Source: Sandaracinaceae bacterium (GTDB lineage: Bacteria > Myxococcota_A > Polyangia > Polyangiales > Sandaracinaceae). Taken from it: a stretch of DNA of 64,000 nucleotides. This document shows, piece after piece, positions 10,459-19,573 of this stretch. Within the stretch, counting starts at the first letter, position 1, and every line of letters starts with the position of its first letter. The stretch is from the NCBI GenBank assembly GCA_044220955.1, contig JBGAQA010000004.1, positions 1 to 64,000 of the forward strand. The letters are read 5' to 3'. The position numbers were made by a program, and so were the translations under genes. Below the pieces are notes generated by a model that was not told the origin of the DNA, did not search any database, and saw only the letters and a list, made by a program, of their open reading frames with translations.

Positions 10459-10548
10459 CGACCGGAGAGCTCGCCACGGCCGGACGGAAGCGGGCGTAGC
10501 CCGCGGACGGGAAGGGCCGGAGCGGCGAGCCGACACAAGTGCTGATCA
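10459..10548. repeat. Palindromic dispersed element, copy A
   Basis: GGAGAGCTCGCC…CCGGACGGAAGCGGGCGTAGCCCGCGGACGGGAAGGGCCGGAGCGGCGAGCCGACAC; CTGATCA at 10452-10458 and 10542-10548. Confidence 0.85.
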
Positions 10549-10580
10549 GCCGCCAGCCCGGCCCGACACGACCCTCTTCG

Positions 10581-11156
10581 TCACGAGCGCGGGTGCACGT
10601 AGTCGAGGCGGAAGCGGACCTGGCTCGGGAGCTGCGGGCTCACCACGGTGTAGTCGAGGTGCATGCGCGCGCCGTCGGGCTCGGTCGAGAGCAGCTGTCG
10701 CATCTCGGAGCCCTCGCCCTCGTAGAAGAGCTCGAGCCACCCGCCCTCGAGGCGCGGCGTGACGCGCGGGGTCCCCTCCGCGCCGGAGACCGCCGCCGGA
10801 GCGCCGATGCTCCCGTCGATGAGGGTCGTGCGCTCGGTCGACTGCAGCGACACCTGTACGCGCGCGCTCTCGAGCGTCACGCGCACGCGGCCCGGGGGCG
10901 CCATGCTCGTGCGGAGCCGGCCTCGCGCGTAGCTCTGGAAGAGCTCGGGGTACGTCGCGATGCCGGGCTCGAACGCCGCGTCCACGATGCGCACCGCGTG
11001 GGCGACGGTGCCGTCGTAGACCCAGGTCCCGGCGAGCGTCCCGGGGACGGAGGCGGTCTGCGCGCTGCCGACCGGCAACGGCGCGGCGAGCGCGAGGAGC
11101 AGTGCGAGCGCGAGCGCGCTCGCGGCGACGTGCCCGTTCCGTGCTCCGGCGTCCAT
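10581..11156 (-). CDS. Secreted hypothetical protein
   Basis: Hydrophobic signal segment, LAGTWVYDG, GC3-rich codons; start uncertain. Confidence 0.6.
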   Translation of the reverse strand: MDAGARNGHVAASALALALLLALAAPLPVGSAQTASVPGTLAGTWVYDGTVAHAVRIVDAAFEPGIATYPELFQSYARGRLRTSMAPPGRVRVTLESARVQVSLQSTERTTLIDGSIGAPAAVSGAEGTPRVTPRLEGGWLELFYEGEGSEMRQLLSTEPDGARMHLDYTVVSPQLPSQVRFRLDYVHPRS

Positions 11157-11221
11157 CGGGGCGATGGTGCCGTCCGGCCGGAGCGGCGGCAAGCCGCGCT
11201 GCGCGTCAGCCGAGCGCAGGA

Positions 11222-12460
11222 TCATGCCACCGCGGCGTCCAGCGCACGGCCGAGGTCGTCGGCGAGGTCGCGCCAGTACTCCACGCCGATGCTCAGGCGG
11301 ACGAGGCCCTCGGTCACGCCGCTGGTGCTCAGGTCCTCGTCCGACATCTCCGACGCCGTCGTGGTCCGCGGGTGGCAGGCGAGCGACTCGACGCCGCCGA
11401 GGGAGACGGCGATCAGCACGCGCTCGAGCGCGTCGAGGAAGCGGAACGCCGCCGCGCGCCCGCCGCGGAGCTCGACCGCGATCATCGAGCCGGGGGCGCG
11501 GCACTGCGCGCGGAAGATCGCGGCCTGCTCCCCCTCGAAGAGCGTGGGGTGGTGCACGCGGAGCACGGCGGGGTGCTTCGCGATCAGCGGCACGAGCTTC
11601 GCCGCGTTCTTCGACTGCTTGATCATGCGGAGCCAGAGCGTCGCCATGCTGCGCTGGAGCATCCACGCGGTGAAGGGCTCGCAGATCGTCCCGAGGAACG
11701 CGCGCATCGTCTTGAAGCGGGTGACGAGCTCGGGGTCCCTGGCGGTGATCGCGCCGGCGACGAGGTCGCTGTGCCCGCCGAGGAACTTGGTGGCCGAGTA
11801 GATCACCACGTCGGCCCCGTGCTCGAGCGGCGACTGGAACACCGGGCCGAGGAACGTGTTGTCGACGGCCATCAGGACGTGGCGCCCGGGGCAGCTCGCG
11901 TCGATCTCGCGCCGGAGCCGCGCGAGATCGATCATGTGCAGCGTCGGGTTCGCCGGCGTCTCGACGTAGACGAGCCCGAGGGTCTCCGCGTGCTCGGCGA
12001 GCGCGGCCTTCCAGCCGCCGTCGGCGACGGGGATCGCGTCGATGCTCCACTCGGGGAGCATGTGACGGAAGAAGTGATCGGTGCCGCCGTACACCGGCCG
12101 CTGGTAGAGGATCTTGCGCCCCGGCTTGACCAGCGTGAGCACGGCCGTCGTGATCGCGCTCATCCCGCTCGTGAATGCCGCGCACGCCTGGGCTCCGCGC
12201 TCGACGGCGGAGAGCGCGTCCTCGAACATCTCGGCGTTCGGGTGGTTCAGGCGCGCGTAGATCAGGCTCTCACGCTCGCCGGGGACCGCCGCGGCCTTGC
12301 CCAGCGCCACCTCGAAGTGGTGCGCTGCCTGCTGGGCGGTCGCGAAGCAGTACGTGGAGACGGGGTAGATCGGCGGCCGTACGGCCATCACGCTGAGCGT
12401 GGGGTCGTAGCCTTCGGAGATGGAGCTGGTCTCGGGATGGACGTGCGGGCCCTTGCGCAT
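11222..12460 (-). CDS. PLP-dependent transsulfuration enzyme (cystathionine gamma-synthase / methionine gamma-lyase family)
   Basis: YARLNHP, SGMSAI, ETPANP, DNTF, SATKFLGGHSD, VSLGGVESL. Confidence 0.92.
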   Translation of the reverse strand: MRKGPHVHPETSSISEGYDPTLSVMAVRPPIYPVSTYCFATAQQAAHHFEVALGKAAAVPGERESLIYARLNHPNAEMFEDALSAVERGAQACAAFTSGMSAITTAVLTLVKPGRKILYQRPVYGGTDHFFRHMLPEWSIDAIPVADGGWKAALAEHAETLGLVYVETPANPTLHMIDLARLRREIDASCPGRHVLMAVDNTFLGPVFQSPLEHGADVVIYSATKFLGGHSDLVAGAITARDPELVTRFKTMRAFLGTICEPFTAWMLQRSMATLWLRMIKQSKNAAKLVPLIAKHPAVLRVHHPTLFEGEQAAIFRAQCRAPGSMIAVELRGGRAAAFRFLDALERVLIAVSLGGVESLACHPRTTTASEMSDEDLSTSGVTEGLVRLSIGVEYWRDLADDLGRALDAAVA

Positions 12461-12511
12461 GGCCCGCCACCATACCCGAGCGAGCGCCGTCTCGCCGCGA
12501 TGGGAACGGCC

Positions 12512-12958
12512 TCAGGCGCCCGTCGAGGGCCGCCTCGCGAGGTCGCGCACGATGGCGTCCGCGTCGAGGGCCGATCCCGTACGGGCCAGCCCCGCGGCGA
12601 CGGCCGCCGCCAGCGTCCCGTGCATCGCCCAGGGCACGGCCGGCTGCGCGAGCCAGAACACGGCCGTGAGCGCGCCGCGCGAGAGCGGCGCCGGCAGCGC
12701 GAAGTCGAGCCCGGCGCAGTGCTCGCGCAGCACGCGCTGGTTCGCCCGGAGCCACTCGCCCGCCGCGCCGCGGGCGGCGGCGTCGGGCAGGCCGCCCGGG
12801 GTCTCGCCCGCGTCGTAGACGAACGCGAGCTTCCGATCCGATGCGAGCAGTCGCTCGCGGGCCCACGCGAGCATCGTCCACATGCTCGCCGCGTCCGCCG
12901 CCCCCACGCGCCGCGCGACGATCAGCGGCGGGTGCGCGTCGATCGTCAGGTAAGGCAT
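12512..12958 (-). CDS. Hypothetical protein, possibly STAS/SEC14-like
   Basis: Coupled to the serS stop; FVYDA…RGALTAVFWL pattern. Confidence 0.55.
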   Translation of the reverse strand: MPYLTIDAHPPLIVARRVGAADAASMWTMLAWARERLLASDRKLAFVYDAGETPGGLPDAAARGAAGEWLRANQRVLREHCAGLDFALPAPLSRGALTAVFWLAQPAVPWAMHGTLAAAVAAGLARTGSALDADAIVRDLARRPSTGA

Positions 12959-14292
12959 CAGCCCCCTGGGGGCGCGATGCGCTCGACGCCGCCGACGTAC
13001 TTGCGAAGGGCGTCCGGGATCACGACGCTGCCGTCCGCCTGCTGCCCCTGCTCGAGGATCGCGACGAGCGTGCGCCCGATCGCCAGGCCGCTGCCGTTCA
13101 GCGTGTGCGCGAGCTGGGGCTTGGCCTTGTCGTCGGCGCGGTAGCGGATCTTCGCGCGCCGCGCCTGGAAGTCGCCGAACCAGCTGCAGCTCGAGATCTC
13201 GCGGTACGCGCCCTGCCCGGGCAGCCAGACCTCGAGGTCGTAGCACTTCCTGGCGCCGAACCCGAGGTCGCCCGCGCAGAGCTCCACGGTCCGATAGTGC
13301 AGGCCGAGCACCTCGAGGACTCGCTCGGCGTGCCCGCGGAGCAGCTCGAGCTCCGACGGTCCTTCGCCCGCGGCGCAGAAGCGGACGAGCTCGACCTTGT
13401 CGAACTGGTGCTGCCGGATGAGGCCGCGCGTGTCCTTGCCGTAGCTGCCCGCCTCGGCGCGGAAGCACGCCGTGTACGCGCAGTACGCGCGCGGCAGCTG
13501 ACCGGGCTCGAAGATCTCGTCGGCGTGCATGTTGGTGACGGGCACCTCGGCGGTCGGCGCGAGGTAGAGCTCGTTGTTCTCGCGCTCGTCCGCGCTGGCC
13601 GTGTCGGCGAGCCTCGTGCGCTCCGTCTTGAACATGTCGGCCGCGAACTTCGGGAGCTGGCCCGTGCCGCGCATCGCGCGGGGCAGCACCAGCGCGGGGG
13701 GCCACACCTCGGTGTAGCCGTGCTCGGTGCCGTGCAGGTCCATCATGAGCTGGAGCAGCGCCCGCTCGAGGCGCGCGCCCATGCCGACCAGGATCGTGAA
13801 GCGCGCTCCGCTGATCTTCGAGGCGCGCTCGAAGTCGAGGATCCCCAGGCGCAGGCCGAGGTCGTGGTGGTCCTTCGGCGCGAACGCCATCGCCGGCTTG
13901 TCGCCCCAGACCTTGGCGACGCGGTTCTCCGCCTCGCCCTTGCCGTCGGGCACGCTCGGGTCGGGCATGTTCGGGACGCCGAGGAGCAGGTCCTCGAGCT
14001 GCGGCTCGAGCGCCTTGTCGCGCGCCTCGAGCTCCTTGATGCGGTCGCCGAGGACGCCGAGCTCCTTGCGCTTCGCCGCGAACTCTTCGCTCTTCTTGTC
14101 GGCGACCTTCGCCATCGCGGCGCTCGCCTCGTTCTTGCTCGCGCGCGCGCGCTCGAGCTCGGTCAGCGCGGAGCGGCGCTCGAGCGCGAGGGCGGCGATC
14201 TGATCGAGCACGCTCGCGTACGCGTCCGACCTGCGGCCGATCGCGGCGCGGACTTCGTCGAGGTGCTCGGTGACATGACGCGGATCCAACAT
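12958..14292 (-). CDS. serS: Serine--tRNA ligase
   Basis: GTGQLPKF, PTAEVP, FRAEAGSYGKDTRGLIRQHQFDKVE, YREISSCS, TLNGSGLA. Confidence 0.98.
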   Translation of the reverse strand: MLDPRHVTEHLDEVRAAIGRRSDAYASVLDQIAALALERRSALTELERARASKNEASAAMAKVADKKSEEFAAKRKELGVLGDRIKELEARDKALEPQLEDLLLGVPNMPDPSVPDGKGEAENRVAKVWGDKPAMAFAPKDHHDLGLRLGILDFERASKISGARFTILVGMGARLERALLQLMMDLHGTEHGYTEVWPPALVLPRAMRGTGQLPKFAADMFKTERTRLADTASADERENNELYLAPTAEVPVTNMHADEIFEPGQLPRAYCAYTACFRAEAGSYGKDTRGLIRQHQFDKVELVRFCAAGEGPSELELLRGHAERVLEVLGLHYRTVELCAGDLGFGARKCYDLEVWLPGQGAYREISSCSWFGDFQARRAKIRYRADDKAKPQLAHTLNGSGLAIGRTLVAILEQGQQADGSVVIPDALRKYVGGVERIAPPGG

Positions 14293-14318
14293 GGCCTGCG
14301 CCGTATACCATGCGCCCC

Positions 14319-15353
14319 ATGGCTCGCCCGTTCCGGCTCCGGTCCGCGCTGCTCCCCGCGCTCGTGCTCCTCGGGGTCCTCTTCTCCGCGTCGCTCGCGC
14401 TCGCGCAGCGCTCCGGCGGCAGCTTCGGCGGCGGCGACTTCGGCGGCGGTGGGGGCGGCGGCTACGAGGGCGGCGGCGGCTACCACGAGGGCGGCGGCGG
14501 GGGCGGCAACGCAGGCTTCGTGTTCGCGCTCGTGCGCCTCGGCATCGAGCACCCACCGCTCGGATTCGCGATGCTCGCCGTCGTGATGGTCGTGCTCTTC
14601 ATGCGGGCCGTGGGCGGCGCCGATCGCGCGCGCCGGACGCCCGGCCCGCAGGCGCGCGCGTGGATGAACGTCGACGTGACCGCCGTCCGCATCGGCATCG
14701 ACGCGCGCTCGCGCGAGTTCGTCCAGCGCGAGCTCGGCAAGATCGCGCTCCACGGCACCGCCCAGTCGCGCGATCTGCTCGAGTCGATGCGCTCGGTCAT
14801 CCGCCTGCTGCGCAAGTGCGACACGGCGTGGGTGTACGGCGGCGCGTCCAACTACCACCCGATGAGCCCGCCGGTCGCGGAGGGCGTGTTCAAGCGCCAC
14901 GCGCAGGACGCGCGCAGCAAGTTCACGGCCGAGCTCGTGCGCAACGCCAGCGGCAAGGTCGCCTCCCAGGCGAGCCCCGGCTACGTGCCGCGGGAGGCGG
15001 AAGGCGAGGGCGTCGCCCTCATCACGCTCGTCGTCGCTGCGCGCCGCGAGATCCGCGACTTCTTCGGCGGACGGCGCGAGGAGATCAACGCGGTGCTCGA
15101 GGACCTCGAGCGCCTCACGGCGCACGAGCTCGTCGCCGTCGAGGTGGTGTGGATGCCCGCCGACCCCGACGATCGGATGAGCAGCGCGACCCTCGAGGCG
15201 CTCGAGCCCGACATCGCGAAGCTCGCCCCGCAGCCGGGCAAGAAGGGCAAGCCCGTCGGCCGCGTGCACTGCGCCTACTGCCGCGGGCCCTTCGCGGCGG
15301 AGCTTCCGACCTGTCCGCACTGCGGCGCGCCGGCGCCGGCGCCGCCCGAGTGA
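14319..15353 (+). CDS. DUF1517-like membrane protein with C-terminal zinc ribbon
   Basis: Signal peptide, RSGGSFGGG, TM segment, LVAVEVVWMP…D; C-terminal CAYC…CPHC. Confidence 0.75.
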   Translation: MARPFRLRSALLPALVLLGVLFSASLALAQRSGGSFGGGDFGGGGGGGYEGGGGYHEGGGGGGNAGFVFALVRLGIEHPPLGFAMLAVVMVVLFMRAVGGADRARRTPGPQARAWMNVDVTAVRIGIDARSREFVQRELGKIALHGTAQSRDLLESMRSVIRLLRKCDTAWVYGGASNYHPMSPPVAEGVFKRHAQDARSKFTAELVRNASGKVASQASPGYVPREAEGEGVALITLVVAARREIRDFFGGRREEINAVLEDLERLTAHELVAVEVVWMPADPDDRMSSATLEALEPDIAKLAPQPGKKGKPVGRVHCAYCRGPFAAELPTCPHCGAPAPAPPE

Positions 15354-16801
15354 CGGGGGACCGCGCGAGCGAGACCGGCGAGCGGGCGCTCCGCCCGGAG
15401 CTGGGCCTCGTGGCTGCGATCGCGCTCGTCGTGAACGCGACGATCGGCACGGGCATCTTCCGGACCCCCGCGGCGGTCGCGCAGCACGCGGGATCGCTGC
15501 CCGCCGCCCTCGGCGTCTGGGTCCTCGGGGCGCTCGTCGCGCTCGCCGGCGCGCTCTCGATCGCGGAGCTCTCGGCGGCGCTGCCGCGCGCGGGCGGGAT
15601 CTACGAGCCGCTGCGCCGCGCGTTCGGGCCGCGGGTCGCGTTCGTGTACGGCTTCGCGAAGATCACGCTGCTCGCGCCCAGCGCCGTCGGGTCGTTCGCG
15701 ACGCTCGCGTCCGAGTCCATCGAGGCGTTCCTCGGCCTGCCTCCGGATCGTCCGCGCGAGATCGCGATCGCGCTCGCGGTCCTCGCGCTCGCGCTCGCGA
15801 TCAACCTGCTGCGCGTGCGCTCGAGCGGCGCGGTCCAGGCCGCGGTGACGGCCGTGAAGTACGGCGGGCTCGCGGTGCTCGCGCTGGCCGGGCTCGCGCT
15901 TCCGTTCATCCCGACCGACGCGCGCGCGCCCGAGGCGCACGTGACGGGGGGCGGCGTGCTCGCCGCGCTCGTCTCGGTGATGTGGGCGTACGACGGCTGG
16001 GCCGACCTCGCCAGCGTCGCGGCCGAGACGCGCGACGCGCCGCGGACGCTGCCGCGCGGGCTGGTGCTCGGCACGCTCGCGGTGGGCGCGATCTACCTGC
16101 TGACGAACCTCGGCTATGCGCGCGTGCTGGGCTTCGCGGGCCTCGCGACGGCGGGGCCCGGCGCGGAGATGCCGGGTGCGCGCCTCGCGGCGGCCACGCT
16201 GGGAGCGACGGGCGCGCGTGCCCTCTCCGCCCTCGTGGTCGTCTCCTGCGTCGGCGGCGCGATGGCCTCGCTCCTGACGAACTCTCGCGCGCTGGTCCCG
16301 ATGGCGACCGACGCAGGAGTGCTCGCTTCGAAGGATCCGGACGGGAGCGCGCGCAGCGCGCGGACGGGAGGGGCCGCAGGAGCGAGCCGATGGTGGGTGG
16401 TCGACGGGACGTTCGTGCGCGCGCTCGGGCGGGTCGACCCGGCCAGCGGCACGCCGCGCCTCGCGGTGATCGTCACGAGCATCCTCGGCGTGCTCTACGT
16501 CGTCTCGCGCGACTTCGAGGAGCTGACCGACGGCTTCGTCGTCGGGTACTTCCCGTTCTACGCGCTCGCGATCGTCGCGCTCTTCGTGCTCCGCCGCCGC
16601 GAGCCGGATCTCGTGCGGCCCTTCCGCACGCCGATCGTGATGCCCATCGTCTTCCTCGCGGGCGCGGCGCTCGTGCTCGGCGGCGCGGTTCAGGGCGGCG
16701 GCCAGCGGATGCTCGTGCCCGCGGCCGTGCTCGCCCTCGGTGCGCTTCTCTCGTTCTTCTTCTTCAGGAGCGCGCCGAGGTCTACTTCTTCTTCTGGGTG
16801 A
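15350..16801 (+). CDS. APC-family amino acid permease with a 31-aa in-frame repeat insertion
   Basis: IGTGIF, AELSAALPRAGG, WAYDGW, RPFRTP; many TM helices. Confidence 0.9.
   Translation: MTGDRASETGERALRPELGLVAAIALVVNATIGTGIFRTPAAVAQHAGSLPAALGVWVLGALVALAGALSIAELSAALPRAGGIYEPLRRAFGPRVAFVYGFAKITLLAPSAVGSFATLASESIEAFLGLPPDRPREIAIALAVLALALAINLLRVRSSGAVQAAVTAVKYGGLAVLALAGLALPFIPTDARAPEAHVTGGGVLAALVSVMWAYDGWADLASVAAETRDAPRTLPRGLVLGTLAVGAIYLLTNLGYARVLGFAGLATAGPGAEMPGARLAAATLGATGARALSALVVVSCVGGAMASLLTNSRALVPMATDAGVLASKDPDGSARSARTGGAAGASRWWVVDGTFVRALGRVDPASGTPRLAVIVTSILGVLYVVSRDFEELTDGFVVGYFPFYALAIVALFVLRRREPDLVRPFRTPIVMPIVFLAGAALVLGGAVQGGGQRMLVPAAVLALGALLSFFFFRSAPRSTSSSG
16314..16406. repeat. Palindromic dispersed element, copy B (in-frame inside permease)
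   Basis: GGAGTGCTCGC…CCGGACGGGAGCGCGCGCAGCGCGCGGACGGGAGGGGCCG…GCGAGCCGA; CGACG at 16309-16313 and 16402-16406 (93 bp apart). Confidence 0.8.
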
Positions 16802-18008
16802 GGGGCATGGCCACGCTCGGCCCCTCGTTCGTGAACAGACCCTTCGGCGGCTTCGCCGAGTCGGCGGCGGCCGCCGGCTGCTTCTTCTGCGTCAGGTCGG
16901 CCTCGACGACCTCGACGTCCGAGATCGACAGATCCTCGGAGCTCTTCTCGACCTCTTGGTCCATCCCGAGGTCCACCTTGGGCTCGGGGATCGACGCCGC
17001 CGTGGGCGCCTTGAGCGCGCCCGCGACCGACTCGGTCATGTCCTTGCCGAGGCGCACGCGCGCGGCCTTCACGCTCGCGCCGAGAGGCTCGGCGTCCGCC
17101 TGCTCCGTCGTCGAGCGCAGGACCGACGCGAGCGCCCGCGCCATCTCTCGCGCCGTCTGGAAGCGCTCGTCCGGGTTCTGGGTGAGCGAGCTCGAGATCA
17201 CCTCGGCCAGCGTCGGCGGGACGTCGTCGCGCACGCTCCGCAGGTCCGGGATGTCGCCCTTACGGACGGCGAGGAGCACCTCGAGGTCGTTCTTGCCCGT
17301 GAAGAGGCGGCGCTGCGCGAGCGCCTCCCAGAGCACCACGCCGAGCGCGAAGATGTCCGAGCGCGCGCTCGGCTTGGCGCCCGTGATGAGCTCGGGCGCG
17401 CAGTACGCCAGCTTGCCCTTGATCACGTTCGGCCGTGTCATCGACGCGCGGTCCATCGCGCGCGCGAGGCCGAAGTCCGTGAGCTTCACGGTCCCGTTGC
17501 TGCCGAGCAGGATGTTCGAGGGGGACACGTCGCGGTGGTACACGGGCGCCGGCGTGCCGTCGGCCATCACGCGCTCGTGCGCCGCGCCGAGCCCGCGGAG
17601 GACCTCGATCCCGATCGCCGCGACGAGCGGCCACGGCGTCGGGCGGGGCGTGTGGCCTGCCGCGACGGGCCGCTGGAACGAGCGGACCCACTGGAACATG
17701 TCCAGGCCCTCGCACCACTCCATCACCAGGTAGTAGCCGCCGTCCGGCTCGCGCCCGAAGTCCATGATGTGGACGATGTTCGGGTGCTCGAGCTGCGAGC
17801 CGACGCGCGCCTCTTCCTCGAACATCTTGATGAACGAGGGATCGGCCGTCTTCCCGGCCTGGATCCGCTTGACCGCGACCTGCTTCGCGAAGCTGCCTGC
17901 CCCGCGCAGGATCGCCTTCCACACGACCGCCATGCCGCCTTCGCCGGCGGCGACGAGCAGCTCGTATTTCCCTGCGATCAGTTTTCCGGGGGCGTCGGGC
18001 GCCGACAT
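16782..18008 (-). CDS. Ser/Thr (Hanks-type) protein kinase
   Basis: GEGGMA, VAVK, HRDVSPSN, DFG, APE, DIFALG. Confidence 0.92.
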   Translation of the reverse strand: MSAPDAPGKLIAGKYELLVAAGEGGMAVVWKAILRGAGSFAKQVAVKRIQAGKTADPSFIKMFEEEARVGSQLEHPNIVHIMDFGREPDGGYYLVMEWCEGLDMFQWVRSFQRPVAAGHTPRPTPWPLVAAIGIEVLRGLGAAHERVMADGTPAPVYHRDVSPSNILLGSNGTVKLTDFGLARAMDRASMTRPNVIKGKLAYCAPELITGAKPSARSDIFALGVVLWEALAQRRLFTGKNDLEVLLAVRKGDIPDLRSVRDDVPPTLAEVISSSLTQNPDERFQTAREMARALASVLRSTTEQADAEPLGASVKAARVRLGKDMTESVAGALKAPTAASIPEPKVDLGMDQEVEKSSEDLSISDVEVVEADLTQKKQPAAAADSAKPPKGLFTNEGPSVAMPLTQKKK

Positions 18009-18117
18009 GGACCGGTGAACCTTACGCGACGATCCGCCTCCGAGGCAACGCCGATGGTCGCGGCAACTGCTCGGAAGGCTTGCGCAAGCGCTTCCGCAGC
18101 CCGACGCTGCGTGGACC

Positions 18118-19278
18118 GTGGAGACCCGAATCGTGCGGCGGCTGTCCGAGGTGCCCGCGTCCGCGTGGGACGCCGTCGCGGGCCAGGACGACCCCTTCGT
18201 CGAGCACGCGTTCCTCGCGCTGCTCGAGGAGTCGCGGAGCGTCGGGCGCGGCACGGGCTGGGACCCGCGGCACGTGACGATCTGGGACGGGACGACGCTG
18301 GTCGGGGCGCTCCCGGCGTACCTGAAGGACGACAGCTGGGGGGAGTTCGTCTTCGACTTCCAGTGGGCCCGCGCCGCGCAGGCCGCGCGCATCCGCTACT
18401 ACCCGAAGGTCGTCGCGATGGTGCCCTACACGCCCGCGACGGGGACGCGCTTGCTCGTGGCGCCGGATCGTCCGCGCGCGCCGATCGTGCGCGCCCTGCT
18501 CGAGGGCGTGCGCGCGATGGCCGTGGACGAGGGCGCGAGCTCCGTGCACGTGAACTACCTCGACGAGGCGGAGCGGGACGAGGCGCTCGCGCTCGGCTGG
18601 CCGAAGGCGCGCCTCAGCGTGCAGTTCCACTTCCGCAACGAGGACGAGCGCAGAGCGCCCTACGCGAGCTTCGAGGCGTTCCTCGCGCGCTTCCGGTCCT
18701 CGGCCCGCAAGCAGATCCGCCGCGAGCGCCGCGAGGTGACGGACGCGGGCTTCGAGGTGCGCACGAAGGTGGGCGCCGAGCTCGACGCCGCCGACTGGAA
18801 GGCGCTCGACACCTTCTACCGGATGAACGTCGCGCGCCACGGCAGCTACGCGTACCTCACGCCCGCGTTCTTCGCCGAGATGCCGCGGCGCCTCGGGCAC
18901 CGCGTCGTCGCGTCGCTCGCGTACCGAGGAGCCGAGCCGGTCGCCGGCACGCTGAACTTCGAGAAGGGCGCGCGCCTCTACGGGCGCTACTGGGGCTGCG
19001 TCGACGACGCGCCCTTCCTCCACTTCGAGTGCTGCTACTACCAGCTGATCGAGCGGGCGATCACGAAGGGCATGACGCGCTTCGAGGCCGGCGCGCAGGG
19101 GCACCACAAGCTCAAGCGCGGCCTGCTCCCGGCGGAGGTCCACTCGGTGCACTGGATGAAGGACCCGCGCCTCGCCATGGCCGTCGAGTCGTTCCTCCCC
19201 GAGGAGGCGGCGGCGGTGCGGCGCGAGATCGACATGCTCGCCGGTGAGGGACCGTTCCGCCGCGACGAGCCGGGCTGA
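18118..19278 (+). CDS. FemAB-like GNAT protein (DUF482 family)
   Basis: SWGEFVFDFQWA, YYPK, LYGRYWG, LHFECCYY, FEAGAQGHHKLKRG. Confidence 0.9.
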   Translation: METRIVRRLSEVPASAWDAVAGQDDPFVEHAFLALLEESRSVGRGTGWDPRHVTIWDGTTLVGALPAYLKDDSWGEFVFDFQWARAAQAARIRYYPKVVAMVPYTPATGTRLLVAPDRPRAPIVRALLEGVRAMAVDEGASSVHVNYLDEAERDEALALGWPKARLSVQFHFRNEDERRAPYASFEAFLARFRSSARKQIRRERREVTDAGFEVRTKVGAELDAADWKALDTFYRMNVARHGSYAYLTPAFFAEMPRRLGHRVVASLAYRGAEPVAGTLNFEKGARLYGRYWGCVDDAPFLHFECCYYQLIERAITKGMTRFEAGAQGHHKLKRGLLPAEVHSVHWMKDPRLAMAVESFLPEEAAAVRREIDMLAGEGPFRRDEPG

Positions 19279-19573
19279 GCGCTGCTCGACGGAGCGTTCG
19301 TGCGCGCGGACTTCCCCGGCGGCACGCGCGTCGAGGTGCCGCCCGCAACGGTGTCGAACGTCAGACCGTGCGCGCTCACGCTGCGGACTTCCGCCGCGCC
19401 TTCTTCGCCGCCCGCCTGGCCTTCTTCGACTTCATGCCTGCCGATGTAGCAGGAGGTGACGACACTCCCGGCTCGCGGCGCGGACGGGCCCGGGAACGAA
19501 CGGCCGCCCGCTGCGCGTCCAACGTTGGCGACAATGTTGGTGAAGGCGCGGCTTGCGCGGTAGCACGGCCATC

